A stretch of DNA of 64,000 nt from Paramecium tetraurelia (Eukaryota), in contig CT868474.1 of assembly GCA_000165425.1 (NCBI GenBank), positions 62,001 through 126,000 of the forward strand. The letters are read 5' to 3'. Numbering within the stretch: position 1 is the first letter of the stretch; each line of letters begins with the position of its first letter. Made by a program: the position numbers and the translations under genes. The notes beneath the pieces were generated by a model. The model was not told the DNA's origin. It did no database searches and saw nothing but the letters and a program-made list of their open reading frames with translations. Shown piece by piece: positions 26,909-40,117 of this stretch.

Positions 26909-27935
26909 TCATTTGTTAATTACTTCCACCCTAATCCTTGAAACTTCATAAAACTTGATTGTGTTGAATTTTCTTCTCACTGCTTACAGTGAATTTAGTT
27001 CTGCAGCCTGTAAGAGTTGACATAATTCTTTAGCACAAGGTTTTAACTAAGCCTCATTTTAAGCTTTATAATTGGGAGATCTAATCATAGACATAGATGT
27101 AATACCTTATTTTATTGACCAAAAATATGGCAGCTTAGGTTATTTAGGATGGTTTATAAGCTATAAACTTGTACTCAACCAAAGCCAATTCTAATATGTA
27201 TTAAGCTAAAGCCTTATTTTTGGGATCTAGTTCTTTCGAATACCTTGATAAAAATTAGTAAGCAGTTGGATTGCAGATGTTGAAATTCAGAGCCTGCAAT
27301 ATTAGACCTTCCATTTCCAGGACATCACTCTTAACATAAGCATTGTCAGTGATGTAAACAAAATCTTTTAATGCAGGGGGATATATTTCTTCGTATTTGC
27401 ATGCTATGAAGAGAGCTGCTACACCTACTAATTGTAAACGCAATCTTGTGACTTATGCCTTGGCCAAATATCTATCTATTAGAGAGATGGTAAGATATAA
27501 TGTTTCATCTCTCAACTTAAATTTAGCATGCACATCAATAAGCCAATCCACAAGAATTGCTCTCATTTTGATATTTATATTCGGCTACATCTCAGGAGTC
27601 ATGTATTAATCTATTTAATATTTATTCTAATAAATTAGCGATTGATTGAATACCTCTTCGATTAATAAATGTTGGAAGATCTCATCCGTGTACATATGTA
27701 CATTTTGGGGGATTTTTGTCTCTTTTGGCTTCTCATTCTCTAGTTCTATTTGAATTCTTTCAGATTCCCTTCTGAAGATTTTATTTTCTTTCTCATCCAA
27801 ACTGATAGCAAAAACTCTGGGAATTATGGAAAAAGGTTTTTTTGCTTTTTCAACGATTACTCCTGTTTCCATTGATTGATAGAGAGATGAATTTACAATT
27901 TCCTTCCCAAAACACCTTTGATTTTCGACGATCAT
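26909..27935 (-). CDS. mitotic (A/B-type) cyclin
   Basis: Cyclin box [25 protein letters not shown] and [21 protein letters not shown]. Confidence 0.95.
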
Positions 27936-28180
27936 TCTGTTAATATTAAATAAAATTATTATTATCGTTAAAAACTTAATATATATAATTAAAAATATAT
28001 TGATTAATTAATTCTTAAATTAATACGAATATTTTTAGACTTTGAGTACTGTGTTGGTTTGAGACTTTTATTCAAGGGAAGAAATTTCAACAAAAAGATA
28101 AAATTACTATAACTTTTTTGTTAAAAAATTTTAATTTGAAATATGTAATAATTAAATTTATGTTGTTTTAATAAACATGG

Positions 28181-31100
28181 ATGGATTTAAAAGAATCTAT
28201 GAATACTTCCTATTACACGAGTTTCATTTATCTCTCTATTGGAGCAATACTAAATACTTCTCCGCTTTTGGAAATGTATTACCTATTTCTTAAATAGATA
28301 TCTAAAAATTTCAGATAAGAATAACTATTAACAAAATTAACTTTACTTAATATTGGACTCCTTAAATGTTGGCAAGTATTTATTAAAATCTTCAATCCTA
28401 CATTCAATTTATATTCTAATTATATTTGCCTTCAACATATTTATTATCCTTTTGTTCATCATCTTGTATTACATAAAGAAAAAGAATGCGAAGACAAACA
28501 TCGCTTATACCATTTATGGCCAAGTAATTCATGATGTATAATTATGTAGATCCTCGGATATATAATATAACCCTACTTTTGGTCGACAAATGGATTTTTA
28601 TTATAAATCTAAAACACTTATTTGGAATAAATACAAAATTTAGCTTTTATTGTACTAGATTGTATTGCGATCCTATTATAACTATTAATTTTATTAACCC
28701 TGACCCTCTTTCTGCATTATGATCATTCTTAAAAAAAAAACTTCTTAAAAATTAATTCCCCAAAAACTCTCATGTTTTACATTATAACTATTTATTGTAA
28801 TAGCTGTTTAGAGTTATTTATAAACTCTAGCAATAATTTGAGTGTAATTATCTATTTTATTAAAAGATAGCATTTCCAATAGTATTGGCTTTCTTATTTT
28901 TAATACTTTTTGCATAAATGCATTAGGATCTACCTGTTTTCTCAAATAAATACTTAACCAACTACTTTTAGATTATTATTGGTCTGCAATTTGCACTGGC
29001 TTTAAATTTGTTGATATCATACTTTATTTACTTATTTGAGGATCGTTATTGCATATAGGTTCTATTAACTTTCATACTTTTGATTAAACTAAATTCAAAA
29101 ATAAGATAATATCTAATATTAAGATCTATCATTAATTATAGTGCCACAAAAATGATTGATTCAAGAACAATAGTCTATTTGAAATAAAATCCCTAAAATT
29201 TGTTTTTGTTGAGAGGAATTATTAATCTTCATCAGTCTTTGTGTGTAAATATAAACTGTTTTTATCGTTTAAAATCTATATATAAAATAAGTTCTAAGGG
29301 AAATAAAAAAATATACATTAATAGAGATGCAATCTATGAAAATATTGGTAGAATTTCAACATTCTTCCTTAAATGTACATATGAAAGTGCGCAACTTAAA
29401 AAATAGGATTAAAGTACAAAGATACTTTTAATTGAGTTATTATGTTATAAGTTGAAATTATATTCTGAAAGCCTGGTTTAAATCGATAAACTAAATTCAG
29501 ATCACCTAAATCTACTTCAACGAATTAATGTAACTAATATTAGATTGATAATCTCCAGACTAATAAAATAAAAAAATGAATAATCTTATAAATCAAAACT
29601 ACCATTTGATCATTTGCTGTTATGTGAGTCATATATCAAAGAAACAGTGGAAATAATGATGAACATTTTTGGATAATAATTACAATTTTGGAATTACTTG
29701 TTAAATGAAAAAATCAGATTATCGGACGAATTAATACTTTTAAATGAAATCAATTAGTTGATAAGAAAGTTTTAAAAATTAGAGAAATTGATTTTAAATT
29801 TGCATTATAACCACAAGGTACCTATTAGGAACAAACAATGGTTTAATTACTTTTTCTTTAAATTATTCATTTTAAATAAAAAGTTAAAATTGCAAGAATT
29901 AGAAATTCTACCTGATTATTAAATTAATTTAGAATAAATCATAAAGGACGATCAGATAGATGAGAAGTCATCTGATGAAGAACCTGTCAATTATTACTAA
30001 TAAAAGTTTTTAATCTCTGGTAATACTTTTGTAATTCAAATTAACTAAGCTGGCATCGTTAAGAATTGTACAAATAATACCTATTAAATCTTAAATTACA
30101 ATAGATAAACCTTAGTGAATAGTTCTGCCTCTATTTTAATGCCGCAGATGTTTAAACAACATCATTCCAAATATATCAACCACTTTTAATAAACAGGATA
30201 ATCCTCCAATTTATACAAGAGAAAGAAGGCATTCTGTATGCATGATTCAGGATATATTATAATTGTCTACAAGTACCTGAAGTGTATATATAATTATAAT
30301 TCAAATCAAATTGAATACATCGCCATGTTTAGATAAATACAAACAAAGCAAGAGTATCTACTATTAAATGAAGATTGGGAAGTAGACTCTTGTACATAGT
30401 TGTTATAGGATATAATAGGAATAAAGTCTTTGAGCTTATTCATTTTGGCTCCTAAAACTATTGTATATTCTCAATATGAGAAATTTTTGACTAAGGAAAA
30501 TAAAAACTTTTTTAGTTTAAATGCTCCAAATTTAGAGAAGAATATATCTCGTTTATTTTACACATAACATTCATCTCCTATGGTGAGAGGTTCATTAACT
30601 TCTAGCAATGGATAGATATCGATCTTGTAAAATTAAGCGGAATTGAAAAAGAGTTTTCAAAATTTTTTAAATCAAGATGATGTTATTAATTTAGAGGATC
30701 AATAAAAGTCAAAAGTAAAGCAAATTTTGTTCAATTTAAGAGTTCCAAAATAAAAGTATGAATTGGTTTAAGAATTCTAATCTAAATTATCCGAATCTTA
30801 TAAGTAAGCAATATACTCAGAACCCTTTCGAAAGTAATTAATAGTGAAGAGTGCATCTGGTAAATTTAAAATAGTGAGAAGTGAGTTTATCAGGAGATGC
30901 AAAGTTTACTAAGAAATCATTAGAAAAGAGAAATTTCAAATTATAAGTATTTTATTTAAACTTAAAGTAGAGGAACTATTCTTAAAATATACTTAATCCG
31001 AAGATTGTGTTGATAAGATATTAAGAATAGAAGGGACATTAAAATTAGAGAAGACTTCACAATCTAAAAGATACATACTGATTAAAATAGTTAGAACTGA

Positions 31101-33410
31101 AGTCATTGAAGAAAATCTTATGACTCAGAGATAAAATAGTTGTTTTACTTTATCACTTTAAGCCCCTTAAATGATATCCTCGGTATGATATTGAATTATC
31201 TTTAGTAGCCAACTAAAAGAACCTCTGTTACTCAACAAAGTCCCAGGAATATAAATGTTACAATCAATGGTATTTTGATAATAAATAGTAGATTAATTCG
31301 ATTTATATTCAAATAGAGAGTCAATGGGAAAGGTCTTATTACAAGAAGTATAAGTGAATTAAGACTTTAATTAACATGAACACTATAAAAATATCAATTT
31401 TATCACTTGCAATAGTGATCTTTTAAAGGAGGATACAAATAAAATTGAAAAAAAAAATCCATCCATTATTTAGTATGAATACATCAGTAGGTTCATATTT
31501 ATTTTACAAATTTTGATAGTGTTTTTAAGTTTCTTCTTAACTTCGTTCATTTACAACAAAAGTACATTAAATGAATCAGTAATTAATAATTATAATTTCT
31601 AGGTAATCTTAGTTGATTATCTCTTTCATTATTAAATAATAGTAGCAGAGTCTTATAATGCTTAGATAGACGTAGAATTATTTAATAGAAATTACACTTA
31701 ATCAATCATAACAAAAGGCGATTTAATTGGATATAATTCAGCAGAGCAATTTTATTAATATAATCAAATCATAACCCAAAAGTGTGGCGATTACATGTAT
31801 ATAGTTTTTTGGGAACCAAATTTTTTGAAAATGCTGTATTAGAATTTTCATAGCAACTCGAATGAAAGTGGATTAGATATTCAAACGATTTATTAAGCTA
31901 ATGTTTATCTTTTAAATATGCTCTCTACTTAAGAGTTTAAAGAAGATTTTGGAATTTCAGATACGTTTCGTAAATATATGGTATACAATCAATTCATGTG
32001 AGTTAGATTCCCCAATTTTAATAAATCTAAGCCAATTCAATCAATCACTTATTAAACTAAGGTTTAACATTCTAAGAAATATCTAATTCAAATTTCCTAC
32101 TATTTCTAATTTTATAGACAATCCTCCAGTTAGCAAGTTTGTTGTATTTAATCCGATTTCAATTTTTAATATAGAAGCAATATAATGTAGAATTTATTCA
32201 AATTTCTTAAGGTCCTATTCAGAGTTTAGGCTATCATACCTTTTAAAGAGAAAATTGCTATCATTGATAAACTCAATATAACCATAAACCAGTTTTGTTA
32301 TGTGACAAACTATGAATGTAAATTATTATTAATTATTCTAATAGATGGAAATATAGAAGAATTCATTTCGATGAACAAAAAGAACCTTTTAAGTAAGGCA
32401 ATTTCTAAGAGGAATAGCACGAGTTAGAAAGGGTTTGAAAAAAAGATTTTGGATGCAGAACAATACATTGAATAAATAGATAATAAGACGAAAATCAAAT
32501 TCGAATAACTATCATCTTTATACAGTTTGAAAGTAAAGTTTTTCTTAGTATTGCTAGTAAATTGCTGTTAAAATAATAGTAAATCTGCTGTTGATAGCTT
32601 TGATAAGCATTGCTGGAGTTGTCACAATTTATTGTACTATTAATAATATAGAGTTGTTTAATAAGAATTAATTTATGTTTAATAGTTAAAACGTTTGGAT
32701 ATTGCCTGCTCTAAAAGAAATATTTACTAGTTAAAACCATGATGATTATTCTTTTAATGATACAAATGCTTTTATAATTCTTCAAGCTTATTTTGATCAA
32801 ATATAATCAGAGTTTCCGGTGTACTACCAATCAGATATTGATGAAATCATCTACTTTTTTGATAATAATATTTGTGATGGCGACAGTATTAATTTAACAT
32901 ATTCTCTTAAGCATAAATAAACATGGATTAATGCACTCGTAGCATTAATGGAGCATTAACTAGAGGAATCAGAGAATATGATTATTTACTATCTTAGGTA
33001 GCTCTCAAATTGTTACTCCCAAAAGACGAAAGATATGACAATATAACATATTCTGCTATATATGAGTTTAATAAGGTATTGTTAATGTAATTTAGTTATA
33101 TTACTTCGTTTTTGATCATTACATTCTAGCAAAGGACATATGGGTATCAGTCTCGAAAGCAACTTTAGAAAAGCATGATTACATCAGTTTAATATTATTG
33201 TAATTATAGTAAATATATGATAGAATAACTGTTATTATAGGAATGTGTCTTTATTTTATAATATTTAATGAAATAGGGTATGTGTTGCTAAAAAAGAAGG
33301 AGTACAAATTTATAAAAATGTTCTATAAATCATTCATGCCCAATGTCTCAATTAATTAGCAAAAGCGATTAAGAGTTGAATTAATCAAAGCAAGATTCAT
33401 AAGAAAATGA
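28181..33410 (+). CDS. large multi-pass membrane protein with PAS domain (TmcB-like ciliate family)
   Basis: N-terminal TM helices; PAS-like segment at about 30030-30300 (QILNYNRQTLVNSSASILMPQMFKQHHSKYI); further TM helices; several tiny introns. Confidence 0.75.
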
Positions 33411-33449
33411 TATAAAAATTAAATAGATACTAATTAATTTAATCATTTA

Positions 33450-36148
33450 TCATATTTTTTTGGTTTTAATCAAAGTATTGATTAATGATTAATTAAATGT
33501 GTATTTTTTGTATGATTTCTTCAGTTCATTTAAAGCTTCTAATCCTTTCTTTTTATTATTCTAAATATTATTGTAGGCTTTAATGACATCTGCTGAATTA
33601 TGCCCAGGAAAATAATAACGATAATTTTGCATTTGATCAATATTATTTTGATGGAATATCAAAGGTACGCTAAATGTTTCAAAATAAAATTCTTCAGATC
33701 TTTGTTTGAATATATATGTCTTTTGTAATTCCATAAATGAGGTTCTTTCTATATTTAAAGTAGTATTTGGTTTCATAGTTTTCAATTATTTTAAAAAAAT
33801 GCCAGATTATTCTTTCAAATCCTAGAATTATTATGGGGAGTTTAAACTTTTATTTTAAGATTTTTAAGCCATAATGTCTTAGGTTTCTTAAGCAATCATT
33901 TTTGTTAATGTTTAAGCTTATTCAGAATCAGTTTTCTCATTTTAACCATTTTGTTCATCAATAGATTATCCATCAATTGTTTATTAATATTTTTAGATAG
34001 ATTCAGAAATGATAGATTATGCTACTAAAGAATTGTATTTCGTTTATTTTCTGTTCCATTGTTACCTATCTTATTTCGAATGGTAAAATTATTTCTTAAA
34101 TCTTTATTCTAAATCTGGTTTATATTATAACACACCACAATCAACAATCTAATGATTATATTATCCACACAAATGACATTTTAAAAAGATTTTAAAAAAG
34201 TTATTCTCGAATAAGATTGAATCTTTTATATGATGAAATCTTTCAGCATCTTTATGAAAATTAGATAATTATTCTAACAAGTTATCTCTACTTATTTTAC
34301 AAATTTCTGAATATCCTTATGAGATGGCAGTCACTTTGGGGGGAAATCCAGTAAAAAATTAATATTCACCAAAACAATCCCCTTTCTTTAATATTTACAA
34401 AGACTTTTTAGTTCTTTCCTCTTATAATTCTACTTAACCTTCAATTATGAAATATCTAATATATTCATGAAATTTACAAATTTTTGTCGTTTTAATCATA
34501 TTGTTTAAAAATGCAATCATCGGGAACAACTTCAAATTTCTTTAACTTTTTAGAAAGTAACTTTAAACATTTTTTACTAAAATTCTACTTTAAAAACACA
34601 ATTTTATTGATCAAATTGTTCTAAATGTTGTTCAACATGTCTGTTTTTAGACTCTGAGGGAAGGTTTAGAATAAGCATTCTAACTCCTCAGTATTTTCAT
34701 TTTTATCATTCTGAATGTTAAGTTATAAGAAATTTTTCACTCTAGCCTATAATAATGGGTTAACATTGTTTTTCTTCATGTAAGAACTTACTATTGCTAT
34801 CTACTTTCTGTACTTAAATTTAGTATCATTTATATGTTTAACAAGTATTCCTATGGAATTCATTAAATAAGCATATACACAGCTTGATATTAAGATCATT
34901 ATGCTAGTAAAAATAATTTCGATATGATTTTAAGGTGTGATATCACCATAACCAATAGTAACCATAGTGACAGTTGCCCAATAAAATGAATAATTATATC
35001 TTTGCCATGCTGATTCATTGATTATATTATATTTAATTAGCCATGTATTTTCAAAAAGATCATCAAAGGACCCTATATAATGCCAAATGCTTGCCATAAA
35101 GTGAGCATAGAAGCAAATCAAAATGATTAGAGTTACAAGATCAATTAAACTATTCACCCCCCCTTTTAAATAAAGATATTCAATATAGCCAAAGTAATTT
35201 TTAGTCAATTTTTTTATAGTAATTAAACAAGACATGATACATAATACTTCGTTAACAATAGAGATTCTATTAGATTAAAGGAAATAAATTATCCATATGC
35301 TTATCATTAAAATATCATAAATTAATTATTGGGTCACATAGTGTTTTACTATTATCTTACGATCTTCAATTATTTCCCCCTATATTATAATAGCTCTGTT
35401 AAATGAAATAATAATTTCTAAAGCCAGGCCTAATATGATAAATATAGAAATGTGAGCTATTTCATCATTATCAGGCATAAAACTAGTCAAAAATGGGGTA
35501 AGCCATAAACTAAATAAATAGATAATGAATAAGTAGGTATCAAAAACTATCATAAAATTTGAACCTGGTTAGAATAAGTATCCGCTAATTTTTTAACTAT
35601 TTTGATCTGCCTAATTGTAAATATACTGTACCTAATTCGTTTTAAAATTAATTTTCTTATAAATAGCCCTCTGACGATATCAAATTTTTTCTACTAGTAG
35701 GAAGCACATATGATTTTAAGAATAAATTTTATTAAAACTTCTTAATGTATCTATTTTTAACTAGCAAACCCAACATTTTCTTCATTTGTGTCTTAGCTGC
35801 ATATAAGGATTGGGAAACCTATTAATGAATGTTTCCCTTATTTTTGTTTAAAACTTGGGTTTACACAAGCGGAGAATTCTAAATTTAAAAGTATTGGGTT
35901 ACATTATTTTTTGTTTAAAATCTTCTCAAACTTTCTTTTTGTTTTATAAGTTTCAGTTTACGCTAATCTATGATACCTTAATCATTATATTTCTAACTGA
36001 AATCCTCGAATGGATCAGAAGGCATGGATGTAAGAGAAATTTATCTTTTTTAATATTGCCTTGTTGATTATTAGTGCAAATATGGACCTATGCATTATAC
36101 ATTTTCAGAAACCCTTGAGTCTGACTCTTGAATACTGTCTATATACAT
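33450..36148 (-). CDS. cyclic-nucleotide-binding-domain K+ channel
   Basis: Pore YWATVTMVTIGYGD, CNBD (GDCFGEYQFF) and C-terminal YYFPGHN motif; paralog of 18716..21459. Confidence 0.92.
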
Positions 36149-36394
36149 TTCCCTTTATTTAATTTTGATATTTTTTAATTTATTAGATTAAGGATCAAAA
36201 TTTATTTTCAAAATAGAATTCTAAAGAAAAATAGAAGCCTTGTAGTTGGATTCACATAGTATTCTACATTATTGAGATTCAAACCCTTGGTATATAGATA
36301 AAGAGTAACAATAAAAATATTTTATTGTCATTATCATTATCACAATTGATATTTTTTAAGTAACATATATTGATTAAATATATATTTTATTAAA

Positions 36395-36922
36395 ATGAGT
36401 GAAAGTTAGGAGTCATCAGAATTTCAATCAGGATCCTCTAAACTTGAATATAAGTATAATTTTCTTTAATATTAGGAGAAGTAACTAGTTAGGATTGACT
36501 AATGTTGAAAGTGGGGATGAATAAATAAAAAAGAAAGCAAAATTAAATGACGAAAATGGACAAATTAAAATTTCAAGAAAGGTAAGTGATGATCTTATCA
36601 AAATATTCGAGAGATTGCCAAACGATTAAATCACAAAATTATTAGATGTCATCAAAGTCAAAAATTCACGTATCTATGAATTAAATATTAAATAGCTGAT
36701 TTACATGTTAAGGTGAATCTTGTTGATTTGATGCAGAAGGATGAAGATTTTGCTTTGGATAGTTAATCTGACTCATAAAAAGAGAAAAAAAGGAAAAAAA
36801 GAGAATCCAAAGAAAAGGAATGCAGATGTTGTAAATAAGTAGTGAAACGTCATCATTGCACACATACAGAATGCGAAAAGCCTTGTTAAATCTTAGAAAA
36901 AATGAAAAAATGCAAAACTTGA
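36395..36922 (+). CDS. small hypothetical nuclear protein (ET-like helices plus Cys/His-rich tail)
   Basis: Introns at 36454-36475 and 36670-36695 give a clean frame; basic NLS-like runs; tail CRCCKQVVKRHHCTHTECEKPC. Confidence 0.65.
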
Positions 36923-37066
36923 ATTTTGTTTTAATTTCAATACTAATTTCCTCTAATTATTTTTTCATACTTAATCACCTCTCCAAATATAAAAACCATT
37001 TCTTATGATAATAACTAAAAATAATTACATTAGATATTGAACTAAAAATCCTAATATTCCTTTCAA

Positions 37067-38725
37067 ATGTGGATTTCATAATATTGGATTTTCATATTTT
37101 TATTATATTCAAATTTAAGTTCAATTTTAAAAGTGTACTTTAATTTATAAATCAATATATTAGAATTTCGATAATTTAGACTCTATGGATATGAAAAGTT
37201 AAGAGAAGTCTATTATTGTGAAATAGCTGTTGTGAACAATTAAGAGAATCACAATGTGTTAACCTGATTGATTTTAAAAACAATGATATTTTTATTAATT
37301 ATAAAAATAACAATCGCATGGAAAGTCTAGAATGTGAAAGATAATATTTAAACCTGTTAAGTCTTTCAGAGTGGGAATCAATAGGAATGCGAATTAAATG
37401 ATTTAATCATATTTAGACTAGATTCATATTTTGCTATTTGCTTAATCTCATCTGAGATTGGCATTTCAAGTGTGTTATATGAAGACTCTCAAGGAAATTA
37501 CTAATTTATTAGCGTACTTAAAGAATAAATAGTAATATATCCCTTACCCTATATCTGCGGTAGCTTATATAGAACAGTTTAACATTAAAATCAATTTTCA
37601 AACTATTCGTTAACTAGAGATAATTCATCTTTGTACATATTTGGTGGATTTGATGGATCTAAGTTAAGAAATCAATTGTTGGAATACAATATTGATGCTC
37701 TCTTGAATAACCAAATCACTTATTAAATTCTACCTAATAATTTTATATCAAAATTAACTGTATCCTTAAGCTTATGGGATGGGACTATAGAGGATTTTTC
37801 ATTCACATCCAATTTTCCTCGGTTGTAAAAATTAAAGAATTTGGAATATAAATATACTCTAAGTTCTGTACCAGAAAATACTTAATGCTCAATTTCAAAT
37901 GTTCCGAAATGCTCATAACATAGTGTTATTGTCTATGTTGATGAATGCAATTGCATAAAATTATTTTATGGAAGAGACTCTAATTATGTGAATTAAAATT
38001 CTTCCTGGATTTACTACCTAGATGATTAAGTTTGGTAAGAAACTACAACTGAGTCGCTTCTGAAATTTGGAAATTCCCCTGTTGGGCAATATTTTCCTGA
38101 AATAAAGATGGTGGGATTTTTTGCAGAAAATACTTATTACTTTTACTATGATTGGGAGTGGTATAAAAATTATGAGGTATTAAATTTTGGATTTACCTTT
38201 AAATAAATGATTGCCTATGACAATAAGACCTTTCTTTTAAATTCATCTAGTATCCTTTATAGTTATTTTTCTGATTAGCAGAACATGAAAAGTTAGTAAT
38301 ATGGCATCTATATGTGTTAAGATGATTATCATGGTTATGATTGTCAAACTCAAGACTTACAATGTCCAGGAAGCATTTGTTTTAATGATTTATTATTTGA
38401 GAGAATTTGTGTACATTGTTAAGGACATGGTAAATGCTTGAATGGGAACTGTAAATGCGACGACGGATTCAGTGGCAATGATTGTAGTTAATAAGTGAAA
38501 TGTTTAAACGATTGTTCAAATGAGGGAACTTGTATTCAATATTTCCCAACACCTCAATGTAGATGTAAATAGGAAAATAAAAGGGGAGGAGAAGATTGTT
38601 CTACAGTCTTTTGTCTAAATGATTGTTCCAATAATGGAGTATGTAAAAATGGGGCATGTGATTGCATTAGCGGGGTAAAAGGTGATGATTGTAGTATATT
38701 AAATCTAAAATTTATTGATGAATGA
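37067..38725 (+). CDS. secreted kelch-like/EGF-repeat protein
   Basis: Hydrophobic N-terminus, LYIFGGFDG and tenascin-type EGF repeats (CQGHGKCLNGNCKCDDGFSGNDC, CLNDCSNNGVCKNGACDC); 5' exon structure uncertain. Confidence 0.75.
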
Positions 38726-39614
38726 TATTAAAAATTAGATTAAGTTATTATAAATTATATAGCATAAGTGTTTAAATTTAACTTAAAATTGTTATTAAAT
38801 GAGTGAAAAAAATATAATAATTCTATTTCTGAGTATTAGAGAGTGTGATAATTCTTTACCATAGTGTTGAAATCGTATTCAATTAATAAATTTATGTTTT
38901 CATATTTAAGTGATCTTAAAATAAATCTAAAAATTGATGAATTAATTTATGTTATTATTCCTTAAAATTATTTGCCATAAAAATGTCAGAAAGTATGAAC
39001 TCTTTACTAAAATTAGGTTGCTTATTTATTTTCAGATAAGTTAGAATTGTACTATAATTTATTAGTCTATAATCTTAAAAAAGTGTACAATTAATTTATA
39101 GTTTAATCAAATCTTTTCGATTCAGCTGCAAATAATGATAATATAATATCATGTCTCTGATGATTAATTATAAGACTAAGTTATTTTAAAAAATAAGATA
39201 ACTATTGATGTTAAATATTGAACAATTTTATGATTAATAATAGTCTTAGATTATCTGGGTTGAGACTATCAAAATCACTATTAAGTATTTACGAGTGATT
39301 TTATTATCATATTCATAGATTCGATTAGCTCCTTCATTTTAATAAATAAAGAATCCTTGTTATTTTTAGCATTGAAAATGACAATTGTTATCTTTTGGAT
39401 AAGTAAGTTAAATATGGTAAATATTTAGATTGATTAAAAAATAGATCAGAGTGGCGAATGTATTTCAATCAAGATTTTTCTGTAATATAATTCAATCATC
39501 ATTAAGAAGGAATGATTTTGATAAATATATATATATTTGAATGTTAATTTAATATTTAATGGGATGAGTACATTAATCACATATTAAAATCTTTTTATTT
39601 AAAATAAAAAAGCA

Positions 39615-40083
39615 ATGGTCAGCAGATTGAGGAAATGCCGTAAAATGAGAGGACATGTGTGCCACGGATATGGTAGAGTTGGTAAACACAGAAAACATCC
39701 AAGCGGTAGAGGTGTTTCAGGAGGTTTAACACATCATCGCATCAATTTCAATAAATACCATCCAGGTTATTTCCAAAAAGTACTCATCTTTCTCTATTCC
39801 TTAGACCGGAATGAGACATTTCCATTTGAAGAAGAATACACTTCATAAACCAGTTGTAAATATTGACAAATTGTGGTCACTTGTCACTGATGATACCAGA
39901 AAAAAATATGCTAGTTCAAAAGATAAAGCAGCTGTGATCGATGTTACAAAGGCTGGCTACTTCAAAGTCCTTGGAAAGGGTAGACTCCCAAATTAACCTG
40001 TCGTTGTTAAAGCCAAATTCTTTAGCAAAACCGCAGAAAGAAGAATTAAAGCAGTCGGTGGTGCATGCATACTCGTAGCCTGA
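39615..40083 (+). CDS. RPL27A: 60S ribosomal protein L27a (uL15)
   Basis: [25 protein letters not shown] and [11 protein letters not shown]; intron at 39780-39804. Confidence 0.97.
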
Positions 40084-40117
40084 TACATTACATATTACAA
40101 TATCAAATAGACAATAT

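Noticed and set aside
38730..39610. Possible gene upstream of RPL27A
   Set aside because: The candidate ATG at 38799 meets TGA quickly and no consistent exon model was found.
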